A DNA stretch of 32,000 nucleotides from Cupriavidus necator (GTDB taxonomy: Bacteria > Pseudomonadota > Gammaproteobacteria > Burkholderiales > Burkholderiaceae): the NCBI RefSeq assembly GCF_016127575.1, contig NZ_CP066019.1, positions 360,001-392,000 on the forward strand. The letters run 5' to 3'. A model generated the notes under the pieces. The model saw only the letters and a list, made by a program, of their open reading frames with translations, searched no databases and had not been told where the DNA came from. This document shows positions 1 through 8,124 of the stretch, in pieces. Every line of letters begins with the position of its first letter. Positions within the stretch are counted from its first letter, which is position 1. Made by a program: the position numbers and the translations under genes.

Positions 1-87
1 CTGCGCAACCACCAGCGCTCCCATGACATGCGCGAGGGCTTGCTGGCCTTCGCCGAAAAGCGGCAGCCCGTCTTCAAGGGCTGCTGA
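1..87 (+). CDS. enoyl-CoA hydratase/isomerase (crotonase) family protein, 3' end only (gene starts upstream of window)
   Basis: Frame 1 reads LRNHQRSHDMREGLLAFAEKRQPVFKGC followed by TGA at 85-87. The EG-x2-AF-x-EKR-x-P-x-F tail is the usual crotonase C-terminus. The next gene starts 20 nt downstream. Confidence 0.6.
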   Translation: MRNHQRSHDMREGLLAFAEKRQPVFKGC

Positions 88-106
88 ACCGACACAAGGA
101 ACCACC

Positions 107-1252
107 ATGGACTTGCTCTACTCGGAGGAGCACAAGGCGTTCCGGCAGGAAGTGCGCGACTTTCTCGCCGCCAACCTGCCGGACGACATGCGCGAGCGCC
201 TGCGCGCCGGCGGCTTCGCCACCAAGGACGACAACGCACTCTGGCAACGCAGGCTGAACCAGCGCGGCTGGGGCGCGCCCGCCTGGCCGAAGGCATTTGG
301 CGGCGCCGGCTGGGACGCCGACCGCCAGCGCATCTTCGCCGACGAATGCGCTGCCGCGCCGGCACCGACGCCGCACCCGTTCAACATCACCATGCTGGGG
401 CCGGTGCTGATCCACTTCGGCTCCGACGTGCAGCGTGAGTATTTCCTGCCCAAGCTTCTGAACGCCGACATCCAGGTCTGCCAGGGATTCTCGGAACCGG
501 GCTCCGGCTCCGACCTTGCCTCGCTGAAGACCACGGCTGTTCGCGAAGGCAATGAGTACATCGTCAACGGCCAGAAGATCTGGACGAGCCAGGCGCATTA
601 CGCGGACTGGGCCTTCTGCCTGGTGCGGACCGACGTCGACGCGGTGAAGAAGCAGGCCGGCATCTCGTTCCTGCTGATCGACATGAAGTCGCCGGGCATC
701 ACCGTGCGCCCGATCATCAGCATCGACGGCCGCCACAGCCTGAACGAAGTCTTCTTCGAGAACGTGCGCGTGCCTGCCGACAACCTGGTGGGCGAGGAGA
801 ACAAGGGCTGGAGCTACGCCAAGTTCCTGCTCGGCCACGAGCGCGCCCACATCGCCGGCATCGGCCGCAACAAGGAGCGCGTGGCCTGTGCCAGGGCGCT
901 GCTGGCGAAGATGGAGGACGAGGGCTACCCGGAGGCGACGCTGGCAGCCTATCGCGGACGGATTGCCATGATCGAAGCCGACCTGCATGCGCTGGAAGTG
1001 ACGCAACTGCGCGTGCACGGCGGGCACGCCGACGCGAAGCTGTCGCCGATGCTGAAGGTTCGCGGCAGCGAGATCTTCCAGGCCGTCACCGACCTGCTTT
1101 GCCGGATGACCGGCACCGGTTCGCTGCCCGCCGACGGCGCCGACGTGACGCTGACCCGGTCCTACCTGTACTCGCGCGCCGTCTCGATCTTCGGCGGTAC
1201 CACCGAAGTGCAGAAGAATATCCTTTCCGCTTCCCTCCTGGATCTGTCATGA
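107..1252 (+). CDS. acyl-CoA dehydrogenase family protein (alpha-like member of an adjacent ACAD pair)
   Basis: Lies in ORF 23..1252. ATG at 107 (MDLLYSEEHKAFRQEVRDF) is preceded by AAGGA at 94-98. ACAD hallmarks are present: CQGFSEPGSGSDLASL, NGQKIWTS and the C-terminal IFGGTTEVQKNIL. GC3 is high. Confidence 0.9.
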   Translation: MDLLYSEEHKAFRQEVRDFLAANLPDDMRERLRAGGFATKDDNALWQRRLNQRGWGAPAWPKAFGGAGWDADRQRIFADECAAAPAPTPHPFNITMLGPVLIHFGSDVQREYFLPKLLNADIQVCQGFSEPGSGSDLASLKTTAVREGNEYIVNGQKIWTSQAHYADWAFCLVRTDVDAVKKQAGISFLLIDMKSPGITVRPIISIDGRHSLNEVFFENVRVPADNLVGEENKGWSYAKFLLGHERAHIAGIGRNKERVACARALLAKMEDEGYPEATLAAYRGRIAMIEADLHALEVTQLRVHGGHADAKLSPMLKVRGSEIFQAVTDLLCRMTGTGSLPADGADVTLTRSYLYSRAVSIFGGTTEVQKNILSASLLDLS

Positions 1253-2346
1253 ACCTGCAACTGAACGACGTCCAGCAGCAACTGCAGGACAGCCTGGGGC
1301 GGCTGCTGGCCCGCGAGTACGACTTCGGCCGCCGCCAGCAATATGCGGCGTCCGCTGCCGGGCATTCGCCCGAGGCGTGGGCGCAACTGGCCGGTCTGGG
1401 CGTAACGGCCGCGGCCATCGGCGAGGCGCATGACGGCTTCGGCGGCGACGCCGTCGACCACATGATGATCTCCGAGGCACTCGGCAAGTGCCTGTCGCTG
1501 GAGCCGTATCACGGCACCGTGGTCATGGCGGCCACGGCCATCGAACAGCTGGGCTCGCCCACGCAGCAGTCCAGCCTGTTGCCGCGGATCGCGCGGGGCG
1601 AACTCCAGGTGGCGTGGGCACATGGCGAATCGGTGCCCGGGCGCATCGCCACGCGCGCTGCCCATGGCGTGGATGGCTGGCGGCTCTATGGCACCAAGCC
1701 CTGCGTGCTGCATGGCACCGGGGCGGATTACTTCCTCGTGACCGCGCAGGCGCCGAATGAGGGCGTCCAGCTGTTCCTGGTCAATGCCAGCACCACGGGC
1801 GTGCGCAACGCCGGCGGCCGCCTGATCGATGGCACCCCGGCGGCGGACCTGGCGCTGGATGACGCCGAGGGCGAGCGGCTTGGCACGCTGACGCCCGCGC
1901 TGCTGACCCGTCTGCTGGAAACCGGCATCAGTGCCGCCTGCGCCGAGATGGTCGGCGCGATGGATGGCGCCTGCGCGCTCACCGTCGCGTACCTGAAGAC
2001 GCGCTCGCAGTTCGGTCGCGTGATCGGAGCGAATCAGGCGCTGCAGCACCGCGTCGTCGACATGCTGACCGCGCTGGAGCAGAGCCGCAGCATGTCGGTC
2101 TCGCTGGCGCTTGCACTGGCAGGGCGCAATGACCTGACCGGCGCCGAGGTGCCGGTCCACGCGGCCAAGGTGCTGGTGACGCAGAACGCGCGCCACGTCG
2201 CGCAGGAAGCCATCCAGCTGCACGGCGGCATCGGCATGACCGAGGAGTACGCCGTGGGGCACTACCTGCGCCGCATCCTCGTGCTCGACCAGCTGCACGG
2301 CGACATGCAATACCACCTCGGCTACCTCGAGCGGCGCGCCGCCTGA
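1249..2346 (+). CDS. acyl-CoA dehydrogenase family protein (beta-like partner, degenerate FAD-contact motif)
   Basis: ATG at 1249 overlaps the upstream stop (ATGA at 1249-1252), which suggests translational coupling. The ACAD C-terminal domain is recognisable (QFGRVIGANQALQHRVVDM, IQLHGGIGMTEEYAVGHYLRR). The SEPxxGSD position instead reads HGESVPGR. Confidence 0.85.
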   Translation: MNLQLNDVQQQLQDSLGRLLAREYDFGRRQQYAASAAGHSPEAWAQLAGLGVTAAAIGEAHDGFGGDAVDHMMISEALGKCLSLEPYHGTVVMAATAIEQLGSPTQQSSLLPRIARGELQVAWAHGESVPGRIATRAAHGVDGWRLYGTKPCVLHGTGADYFLVTAQAPNEGVQLFLVNASTTGVRNAGGRLIDGTPAADLALDDAEGERLGTLTPALLTRLLETGISAACAEMVGAMDGACALTVAYLKTRSQFGRVIGANQALQHRVVDMLTALEQSRSMSVSLALALAGRNDLTGAEVPVHAAKVLVTQNARHVAQEAIQLHGGIGMTEEYAVGHYLRRILVLDQLHGDMQYHLGYLERRAA

Positions 2347-2400
2347 TCGGCTGGCAGCGCCACCCCAAAGCAATCCCCATACATCCCAAGGAGACAAACC

Positions 2401-3171
2401 ATGTCTGACATCATGTCCCTGGCCGGCAAGGTCATCATCGTTACCGGCGCCGCGCAGGGCATCGGCCGCGCCACCGCCGAACTCGCGCTGAGCCTGGGCG
2501 CCAGGGTTTGCGTGGTCGACCTGCAGCGCGAAGCGATCGAGGCGTTTGCCGCCGAGCACCCCGACCATGTCCAGGCCTATGCCGGCAACGTGGCTGATCC
2601 CGACTTCGTGTCGTCGTCCGTCGAGCACGCGGTGTCCCGCTTCGGCAAGGTCGATGGCCTGGTCAACTGCGCCGGCATCGTGCGCGCCGCGATGATCGAG
2701 AACATGACGCTGAAGACCTGGCACGACGTGGTCGACTGCCACCTGACCGGCGCCTTCCTCTGGCTGCAGGCGGTGGGCTCGCGCCTCGTCGAGCGCGCCA
2801 AGGCGGGCGAGAAGGTGCAGGGCTCGATCATCAACGTCTCGTCCGATGCCGGCCGCCGCGGCTCGGTCGGCCAGATCAACTACGCGTCGGCCAAGGCCGG
2901 CATGTTGGGCATGACCATGAGCGCCGCGCGCGAGTGGGGCAAGTTCGGCGTGCGCACGAACTCGGTCTGCCTGGGCATGGTGGAAACGCCGATGACCGAG
3001 ACCATCCGCGGCGAGCGCTTCCGCGACACCTACCTGGCGATGATCCCGATGGGCCGCTGGGCGCAGCCGGAAGAAATCGCCGCGCCGATCTGCTTCCTGC
3101 TGTCCGACGCCGCCGGCTACGTGCTGGGCCAGCACATCGGCGTGAACGGCGGCCTGCACATGGCGAGCTGA
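2401..3171 (+). CDS. SDR family oxidoreductase (FabG-like 3-oxoacyl/3-hydroxyacyl reductase)
   Basis: 256 aa. Rossmann motif TGAAQGIGRA, then NCAGI, and catalytic S...YASAKAG (Y-x3-K). AAGGAGA lies about 10 nt upstream of the ATG at 2401. Confidence 0.9.
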   Translation: MSDIMSLAGKVIIVTGAAQGIGRATAELALSLGARVCVVDLQREAIEAFAAEHPDHVQAYAGNVADPDFVSSSVEHAVSRFGKVDGLVNCAGIVRAAMIENMTLKTWHDVVDCHLTGAFLWLQAVGSRLVERAKAGEKVQGSIINVSSDAGRRGSVGQINYASAKAGMLGMTMSAAREWGKFGVRTNSVCLGMVETPMTETIRGERFRDTYLAMIPMGRWAQPEEIAAPICFLLSDAAGYVLGQHIGVNGGLHMAS

Positions 3172-3178
3172 GGGCGGC

Positions 3179-5323
3179 ATGTCGACACGCGATCTCTATA
3201 CCCACGCGCAACTGCGGCGCCTCTTCCATCCGCGCACCATCGCGGTGGTCGGCGCGACGCCGAACGCTCGCTCGTTCGCCGGCCGGGCCATGACGAACCT
3301 GCAGCAGTTCGACGGCAACGTGCTGCTGGTCAACCCCCGCTACCCCGAGGTGAACGGGCAGGTCTGCTATCCGTCGCTGTCGGCGCTGCCCGAGGCGCCC
3401 GACTGCGTGCTGATCGCCACCGCGCGCGAAACGGTGGAGCCCATCGTGCGCGAGTGCGCGGGGCTGGGCGTGGGCGGCGTGGTGCTGTTCGCGTCGGGCT
3501 ATGCCGAGACCGGCAATCCGGAGCAGATTGCCGAGCAGGCTCGGCTGGTCGCCATTGCCCGGGAAAGCGGCATGCTGCTGCTCGGTCCGAACAGCATCGG
3601 CTATGCGAACTACATCAACCATGCGCTGGTGTCGTTCACGCCGCTGCCCGCGCGTGGCGGCGAACTGCCGGCCCATGCGATCGGGCTGGTCAGCCAGTCC
3701 GGCGCGCTGGCATTTGCGCTGGAACAGGCGGCCAACCACGGCACGGCGTTCAGCCACGTGTTCTCGTGCGGCAATGCGTGCGATATCGACGTGACCGACC
3801 AGATCGCCTATCTCGCCGGGGATCCCTCGTGCGCGGCGATCGCATGCGTATTCGAAGGGCTGTCCGACGCCAGCCGGATCATTCGCGCGGCGCAAGTCTG
3901 CGCGGAAGCCGGCAAGCCGCTGGTGGTCTACAAGATGGCGCGCGGGACGGCGGGCGCGGCGGCGGCCATGTCGCATACCGGCTCGATGGCGGGATCCGAC
4001 CGCGCCTACAGCACGGCGCTGCGCGAAGCTGGCGTGGTGCAGGTCGATACCATCGAGCAGCTCGTGCCGACGACGGTGTTCTTCGCCAAGGCCCCCCGGC
4101 CGACGACGTCCGGCGTGGCCATCGTCTCGGGTTCGGGCGGCGCGGGCATTGTCGCCGCCGACGAGGCCGAGCGTTTCAACGTGCCGCTGCCGCAGCCGTG
4201 TGACGCGACCCGCGCCGTGCTCGAATCGCACATTCCTGACTTCGGCGCCGCGCGCAACCCGTGCGACCTGACCGCCCAGGCCGCCAACAACTTCGACTCC
4301 TTCATCCAGTGCGGCGACGCGGTCTTCGCCGATCCCGCCTACGGCGCCGCCGTGGTGCCGCTGGTGGTGACCGGCGACGGCAACGGCCGCCGCTTCCAGG
4401 TGTTCAACGACCTAGCCGTCAAGCACGGCAAGATGGCGTGCGGCCTGTGGATGTCGAACTGGATGGAAGGGCCGGAGGCGGTCGAGTCCGAGGCGCTGCC
4501 GCGCCTTGCGCTGTTCCGCTCGGTCTCGCACTGCTTCGCGGCGCTGGCCGCGTGGCAGGCACGGGAGCAATGGCTGTTGTCGCGCGCCACGCCGAAGCCG
4601 CCGCGCCTGACACACGCTTCGGTGGCCGCCGAAGCGCGCGCGCGCATCGTTGCCGCGCCGGCCGATACGCTCACCGAGCGTGAAGCCAAGGACGTCCTTG
4701 CCATGTACGGCGTGCCGGTGGTGGGCGAGTCCCTGGCGACGAGCGAGCAGGACGCCGTGCGCGCCGCCGATGCCTGCGGCTATCCGGTCGTGCTGAAGGT
4801 CGAGAGCCCGGCCATCCCGCACAAGTCGGAAGCGGGCGTGATCCGCCTCGGCGTGAACTCGGCGCAGGAGGTTGCCGTCGCGTACCGCGAGGTCATGGCG
4901 AATGCGCGCAAGGTGACCGCCGACGACCGCATCAACGGCGTGCTGGTGCAGAGCCAGGTGCCGACCGGCATCGAGATCTTGGTCGGCGCCCGCGTGGACC
5001 CGCACCTCGGCGCGCTGCTGGTGGTGGGGCTGGGCGGGGTGATGGTCGAGCTGATGCAGGACACGGTCGCGACCATCGCGCCGTGCTCGGCGCAGCAGGC
5101 GCGCGCCATGCTGGAGCAGCTGCGCGGCGTGGCGCTGCTGAAGGGCTTCCGCGGCGCGGCGGGCGTGGACATGGACCTGCTGGCGGAAATCGTCGCCAGC
5201 CTGTCCGAGTTCGCGGCGGACCAGCGCGACGTGATCGCCGAGTTCGATGTGAATCCGCTGATCTGCACGCCGGACCGCATCGTGGCGGTGGATGCGCTGA
5301 TCGAACGGAGAGTGGGGGCCTGA
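3179..5323 (+). CDS. acetate--CoA ligase family protein (NDP/ADP-forming acyl-CoA synthetase: CoA-binding + succinyl-CoA-ligase-like + ATP-grasp domains)
   Basis: 714 aa. N-terminal CoA-binding motif TIAVVGAT, LLGPNSIG, phosphohistidine-loop motif MSHTGSMAG, and a C-terminal ATP-grasp region (YGVPVV...GYPVVLKVESPAIPHKSEAGVIRLGV). Confidence 0.9.
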   Translation: MSTRDLYTHAQLRRLFHPRTIAVVGATPNARSFAGRAMTNLQQFDGNVLLVNPRYPEVNGQVCYPSLSALPEAPDCVLIATARETVEPIVRECAGLGVGGVVLFASGYAETGNPEQIAEQARLVAIARESGMLLLGPNSIGYANYINHALVSFTPLPARGGELPAHAIGLVSQSGALAFALEQAANHGTAFSHVFSCGNACDIDVTDQIAYLAGDPSCAAIACVFEGLSDASRIIRAAQVCAEAGKPLVVYKMARGTAGAAAAMSHTGSMAGSDRAYSTALREAGVVQVDTIEQLVPTTVFFAKAPRPTTSGVAIVSGSGGAGIVAADEAERFNVPLPQPCDATRAVLESHIPDFGAARNPCDLTAQAANNFDSFIQCGDAVFADPAYGAAVVPLVVTGDGNGRRFQVFNDLAVKHGKMACGLWMSNWMEGPEAVESEALPRLALFRSVSHCFAALAAWQAREQWLLSRATPKPPRLTHASVAAEARARIVAAPADTLTEREAKDVLAMYGVPVVGESLATSEQDAVRAADACGYPVVLKVESPAIPHKSEAGVIRLGVNSAQEVAVAYREVMANARKVTADDRINGVLVQSQVPTGIEILVGARVDPHLGALLVVGLGGVMVELMQDTVATIAPCSAQQARAMLEQLRGVALLKGFRGAAGVDMDLLAEIVASLSEFAADQRDVIAEFDVNPLICTPDRIVAVDALIERRVGA

Positions 5324-5336
5324 CGGGCCGCTCCGG

Positions 5337-5365
5337 TGCCGGCGGGGAGGGCGTTCCCGCCGGCA
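5337..5365. terminator. hairpin between convergent genes (candidate bidirectional terminator)
   Basis: A 10-bp perfect stem, TGCCGGCGGG (5337-5346) paired with CCCGCCGGCA (5356-5365), with a 9-nt loop. It sits between the + strand synthetase stop (5323) and the - strand LysR stop (5376). There is no strong U-tract. Confidence 0.4.
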
Positions 5366-5375
5366 TCGGAAACAT

Positions 5376-6314
5376 TCAGGCGGCGGCGCGAAGCGGCGCT
5401 TCGACCGCCGCCTCCTGGCTGGCCGCGCCGGTGACCTCGTGCGCCAGTGCCACGAAGTTGCGGGTGGTGGCGTGCATGTTGCCCGGCAGCGTTGCCAGTG
5501 CGATGCCGAATTCCATCTGCGCCGGCAGCCCGGTCAGCGGAACATGCCGGATACCGTCGCCGCCCAGCCGGGCGGTGGAGGCCGGCACCAGCGCCACACC
5601 CAGCCCGCTCTCCACCAGCGCGAGGATGGTGGGTACCTGCACCGCTTCCTGCGCAATAGGCGGCTGGATGCCGGCCACCTGGAACGCATGCATCATCAGC
5701 GAATGCATCGCCGGCACGCGGGCCTGCGAATAGACGATGAACGGCGTGTCGCCCAACTCGGACAGCGCGATGTGCTTGCGCCGTGCCAGCGGAGAATCGG
5801 CGCTGACGGCGAGCATCATCGGTTCGGACTGCAGCAGCGCGATCTGCAGCGGCGTCTTGGCGAGCACGGGATAGCGCACCAGCGCGACATCGAGCACGTG
5901 TTCCTCGACCGCACGCAACAGGTCGACCGTCGTCGATTCCTCGATGATCAGCTCCACGTGTGGATACCGGCCGCGAAATGCCCGGATCAGGCGCGGCATC
6001 AGCGAATACACCGACGAGCCGACGAAGCCCACGCGCACCTTGCCGCGCACGCCGTTCTCGCCTTCGCTGGCCGCGTGGCGGATCTCGTCGGCGAAGTACA
6101 GCGTGCTGCGCATCTGCCGCAGCACCAGCTCGCCCACCGGCGTGAGCGTGAGACCGGACGGGTGGCGGTCGAACAGCGTCACGCCGAGTTCCTCTTCCAG
6201 CTTGCGGATGGCCGTGGACAGCGGCGGCTGCGCCATGCAAAGGCGCTCGGCGGCGCGGTGGAAGTTAAGCGTTTCGCTCAGCACCAGGGCCTGGCGCATC
6301 TGTCGGAGGTCCAT
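5376..6314 (-). CDS. LysR family transcriptional regulator
   Basis: Lies in ORF 5376..6443. The likely start is the ATG at 6314 (MDLRQMRQALVLSETLNFHRAAERLCMAQPPLSTAIRKLEEELG), a canonical LysR N-terminal HTH. The rest of the protein looks like a LysR substrate-binding domain. Confidence 0.9.
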   Translation of the reverse strand: MDLRQMRQALVLSETLNFHRAAERLCMAQPPLSTAIRKLEEELGVTLFDRHPSGLTLTPVGELVLRQMRSTLYFADEIRHAASEGENGVRGKVRVGFVGSSVYSLMPRLIRAFRGRYPHVELIIEESTTVDLLRAVEEHVLDVALVRYPVLAKTPLQIALLQSEPMMLAVSADSPLARRKHIALSELGDTPFIVYSQARVPAMHSLMMHAFQVAGIQPPIAQEAVQVPTILALVESGLGVALVPASTARLGGDGIRHVPLTGLPAQMEFGIALATLPGNMHATTRNFVALAHEVTGAASQEAAVEAPLRAAA

Positions 6315-6319
6315 CTTGG

Positions 6320-6400
6320 AAGTTGCCTGATATACGATATGTGGTTGAAGAATACGAATTGTCGCAGAATAAGACAACCGGATTCGGGTATTCCCTGATC
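6320..6400 (-). promoter_or_regulatory. AT-rich LysR upstream region with a long imperfect inverted repeat (candidate promoter/operator)
   Basis: This is the most AT-rich stretch of the window. GAATAC (6350-6355) and GTATTC (6388-6393) flank nested arms CGAAT/ATTCG (6355-6359 and 6382-6386) and TTGTC/GACAA (6359-6363 and 6373-6377). It lies directly upstream of the LysR ATG. Confidence 0.3.
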
Positions 6401-6497
6401 GGGTTGCGTAGCGTCGCGCACTTTGGCGGGCGTGGAAATGCATCGGGGCGGCCTTGGCCGCCCCGCGTATTGCTTTCAGGTCTCCTGCCGCGCCGGC

Positions 6498-7253
6498 TTA
6501 CCTGGGCTGCATCCGGATCGCCCCGTCGAGACGGATGACCTCGCCGTTCAGCATCGGGTTGCCGACCACGGCTTCCACCAGCCGCGCATACTCGGCGGGC
6601 CGTCCGAGGCGCGAGGGGAACGGCACCATCCTGCCCAGCGCGTCGCGCACGGTTTCGGGCAAGCCCATCAGCATGGGCGTTTCGAAAAGGCCCGGCGCGA
6701 TGGTCACGCAGCGCACGCCGTCGCGCGCCAGGTCGCGGGCGATGGCCAGCGTCATCGACGCTACGCCGCCCTTCGACGCGGCATAGGCCGCCTGCCCGAT
6801 CTGCCCCTCGAACGCCGCCACCGACGCGGTGTTGACGATGACGCCACGCTCGCCGCCGGCATCGGGCGCGTTGCCCACCATCGCCGCGGCGGCGAGGCGG
6901 ACCATGTTGAAGGTGCCGATCAGGTTGATGCGCACGGTGCGCTCGAAGGCGTCGAGCGGATGGGGGCCGTCCTTACCGACCGTCTTGCACGCGGGCGCCA
7001 CGCCGGCGCAGTTCACCAGTCCGGCCAGCCGGCCGAGCGCGGTGGCGGCGTCGACGGCGGCGCGGCCGTCGGCCTCGCTGCTCACGTCGCAGCGCACGAA
7101 GCGGCCGCCCAGTTCGGCAGCCAGCGCCTCGCCGGCGGGGTTGATGTCGGCGATGACGACCTTGCCGCCGGCGGCGGCAATCATGCGGGCGGTGGCTTCG
7201 CCGAGGCCCGAGGCGCCGCCGGTAACGAGGAAGACGTTGTCGCGGATGTCCAT
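6498..7253 (-). CDS. SDR family 3-hydroxyacyl-CoA dehydrogenase, type-II / HSD17B10-like (3-hydroxy-2-methylbutyryl-CoA dehydrogenase family)
   Basis: 251 aa. [35 protein letters not shown] and the C-terminal [38 protein letters not shown] closely follow, from memory, the human HSD17B10 signature. Confidence 0.9.
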   Translation of the reverse strand: MDIRDNVFLVTGGASGLGEATARMIAAAGGKVVIADINPAGEALAAELGGRFVRCDVSSEADGRAAVDAATALGRLAGLVNCAGVAPACKTVGKDGPHPLDAFERTVRINLIGTFNMVRLAAAAMVGNAPDAGGERGVIVNTASVAAFEGQIGQAAYAASKGGVASMTLAIARDLARDGVRCVTIAPGLFETPMLMGLPETVRDALGRMVPFPSRLGRPAEYARLVEAVVGNPMLNGEVIRLDGAIRMQPR

Positions 7254-7266
7254 GCCAGTCTCCCGC

Positions 7267-8052
7267 TCAGCGCTTCAGTTGCGCCATGTAGCTGTCAAGC
7301 GCGGCCTCATGGTCGTTGGTGTGGTGCGCCAGCGCCTGGAAGCCGGCCGACATTTCGAGGATGGTGTCGAGGCGGGCGTGCTGGCCTTCCTTCAGCAGCC
7401 GCTTGGCCATGCGCAGCGCATGGCCGGGATTGACCGCGATGCGCTGCGCCAGTTCCATTGCCGTGGGCATCAGCGCCTCCTGCGGGACCACGCGCGAGAC
7501 CAGTCCCCATTCGAGCGCCTGCGCGGCGTCGATGGTATCGCCGGTGAAGCACAGCTCCGCCGCACGCGACATGCCCACGGCGCGCGGCAGCAGCCACGCG
7601 CCGCCATCGCCCGGAATCAGGCCGAGCTTGACGAAAGTGGCGGCGAACACGGCCGTTTCGGATGCGATGCGGATGTCGCACGTGCAGACGAGGTCATTGC
7701 CCGCGCCGAGCGCCGGACCATTCACTGCCGCGATGACCGGCACTTCGAGGTTCGACAGCGCCAGCGGCAGGCGCTGGATGCCGTCGCGGTAGGCGTAGCG
7801 GGCCATCACCGGCTCGCCCGACTCGCGCCCGAAGGTGGCGCGCAGGCTCTTCAGGTTGCCGCCGGAGGAAAAGGCGGGACCGGCGCCGGTCAGCACCACG
7901 ACGCGCACGGAATGGTCGCGGTTGACGGCTTCGCACATCTCGACCAGCGCCTCCACGGCGTCGTTGTCGGACAGCGCGTTGCGCGTCTGCGGACGGTTCA
8001 TGGTGACGATGGCGATGGCGCCTTCGCGTTGGATATCGAGGAAATTGCTCAT
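7267..8052 (-). CDS. enoyl-CoA hydratase/isomerase family protein
   Basis: Lies in ORF 7267..8100. The start is taken as the ATG at 8052 ([27 protein letters not shown]). Crotonase oxyanion-hole motifs are present: [17 protein letters not shown] and [14 protein letters not shown]. Confidence 0.9.
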   Translation of the reverse strand: MSNFLDIQREGAIAIVTMNRPQTRNALSDNDAVEALVEMCEAVNRDHSVRVVVLTGAGPAFSSGGNLKSLRATFGRESGEPVMARYAYRDGIQRLPLALSNLEVPVIAAVNGPALGAGNDLVCTCDIRIASETAVFAATFVKLGLIPGDGGAWLLPRAVGMSRAAELCFTGDTIDAAQALEWGLVSRVVPQEALMPTAMELAQRIAVNPGHALRMAKRLLKEGQHARLDTILEMSAGFQALAHHTNDHEAALDSYMAQLKR

Positions 8053-8124
8053 GACAGACTGTGGTGGGGAAGACGTGTGGTTTCGGCCGCGTTCAGGCAA
8101 CGGCCGGGGCAGGGGGGCGCGGTG

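Noticed and set aside
23-106. N-terminal extensions offered by the ORF track (23-106, 1099-1248, 6315-6443, 8053-8100, 10327-10377, 16075-16122, 16613-17065, 23591-23848, 23698-23922, 30310-30735, 31350-31559)
   Set aside because: The extensions are Arg/Pro/Ser-rich and overlap upstream genes or intergenic repeats. They lack homology-like sequence. In most cases the internal ATG is preceded by a Shine-Dalgarno-like purine run, and the family-typical N-terminus begins there.
1162-3180. 672-aa minus-strand ORF overlapping the second ACAD and the SDR
   Set aside because: This is a shadow ORF. It has no domain signatures, while the + strand frames carry clear ACAD and SDR motifs and Shine-Dalgarno-linked starts.
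2876-6240. 451-aa (2876..4231) and 486-aa (4780..6240) minus-strand ORFs, and 22259..23707 (+) and 23818..25011 (-) elsewhere
   Set aside because: All are antisense or off-frame to genes with strong family signatures. They are GC-driven open frames.
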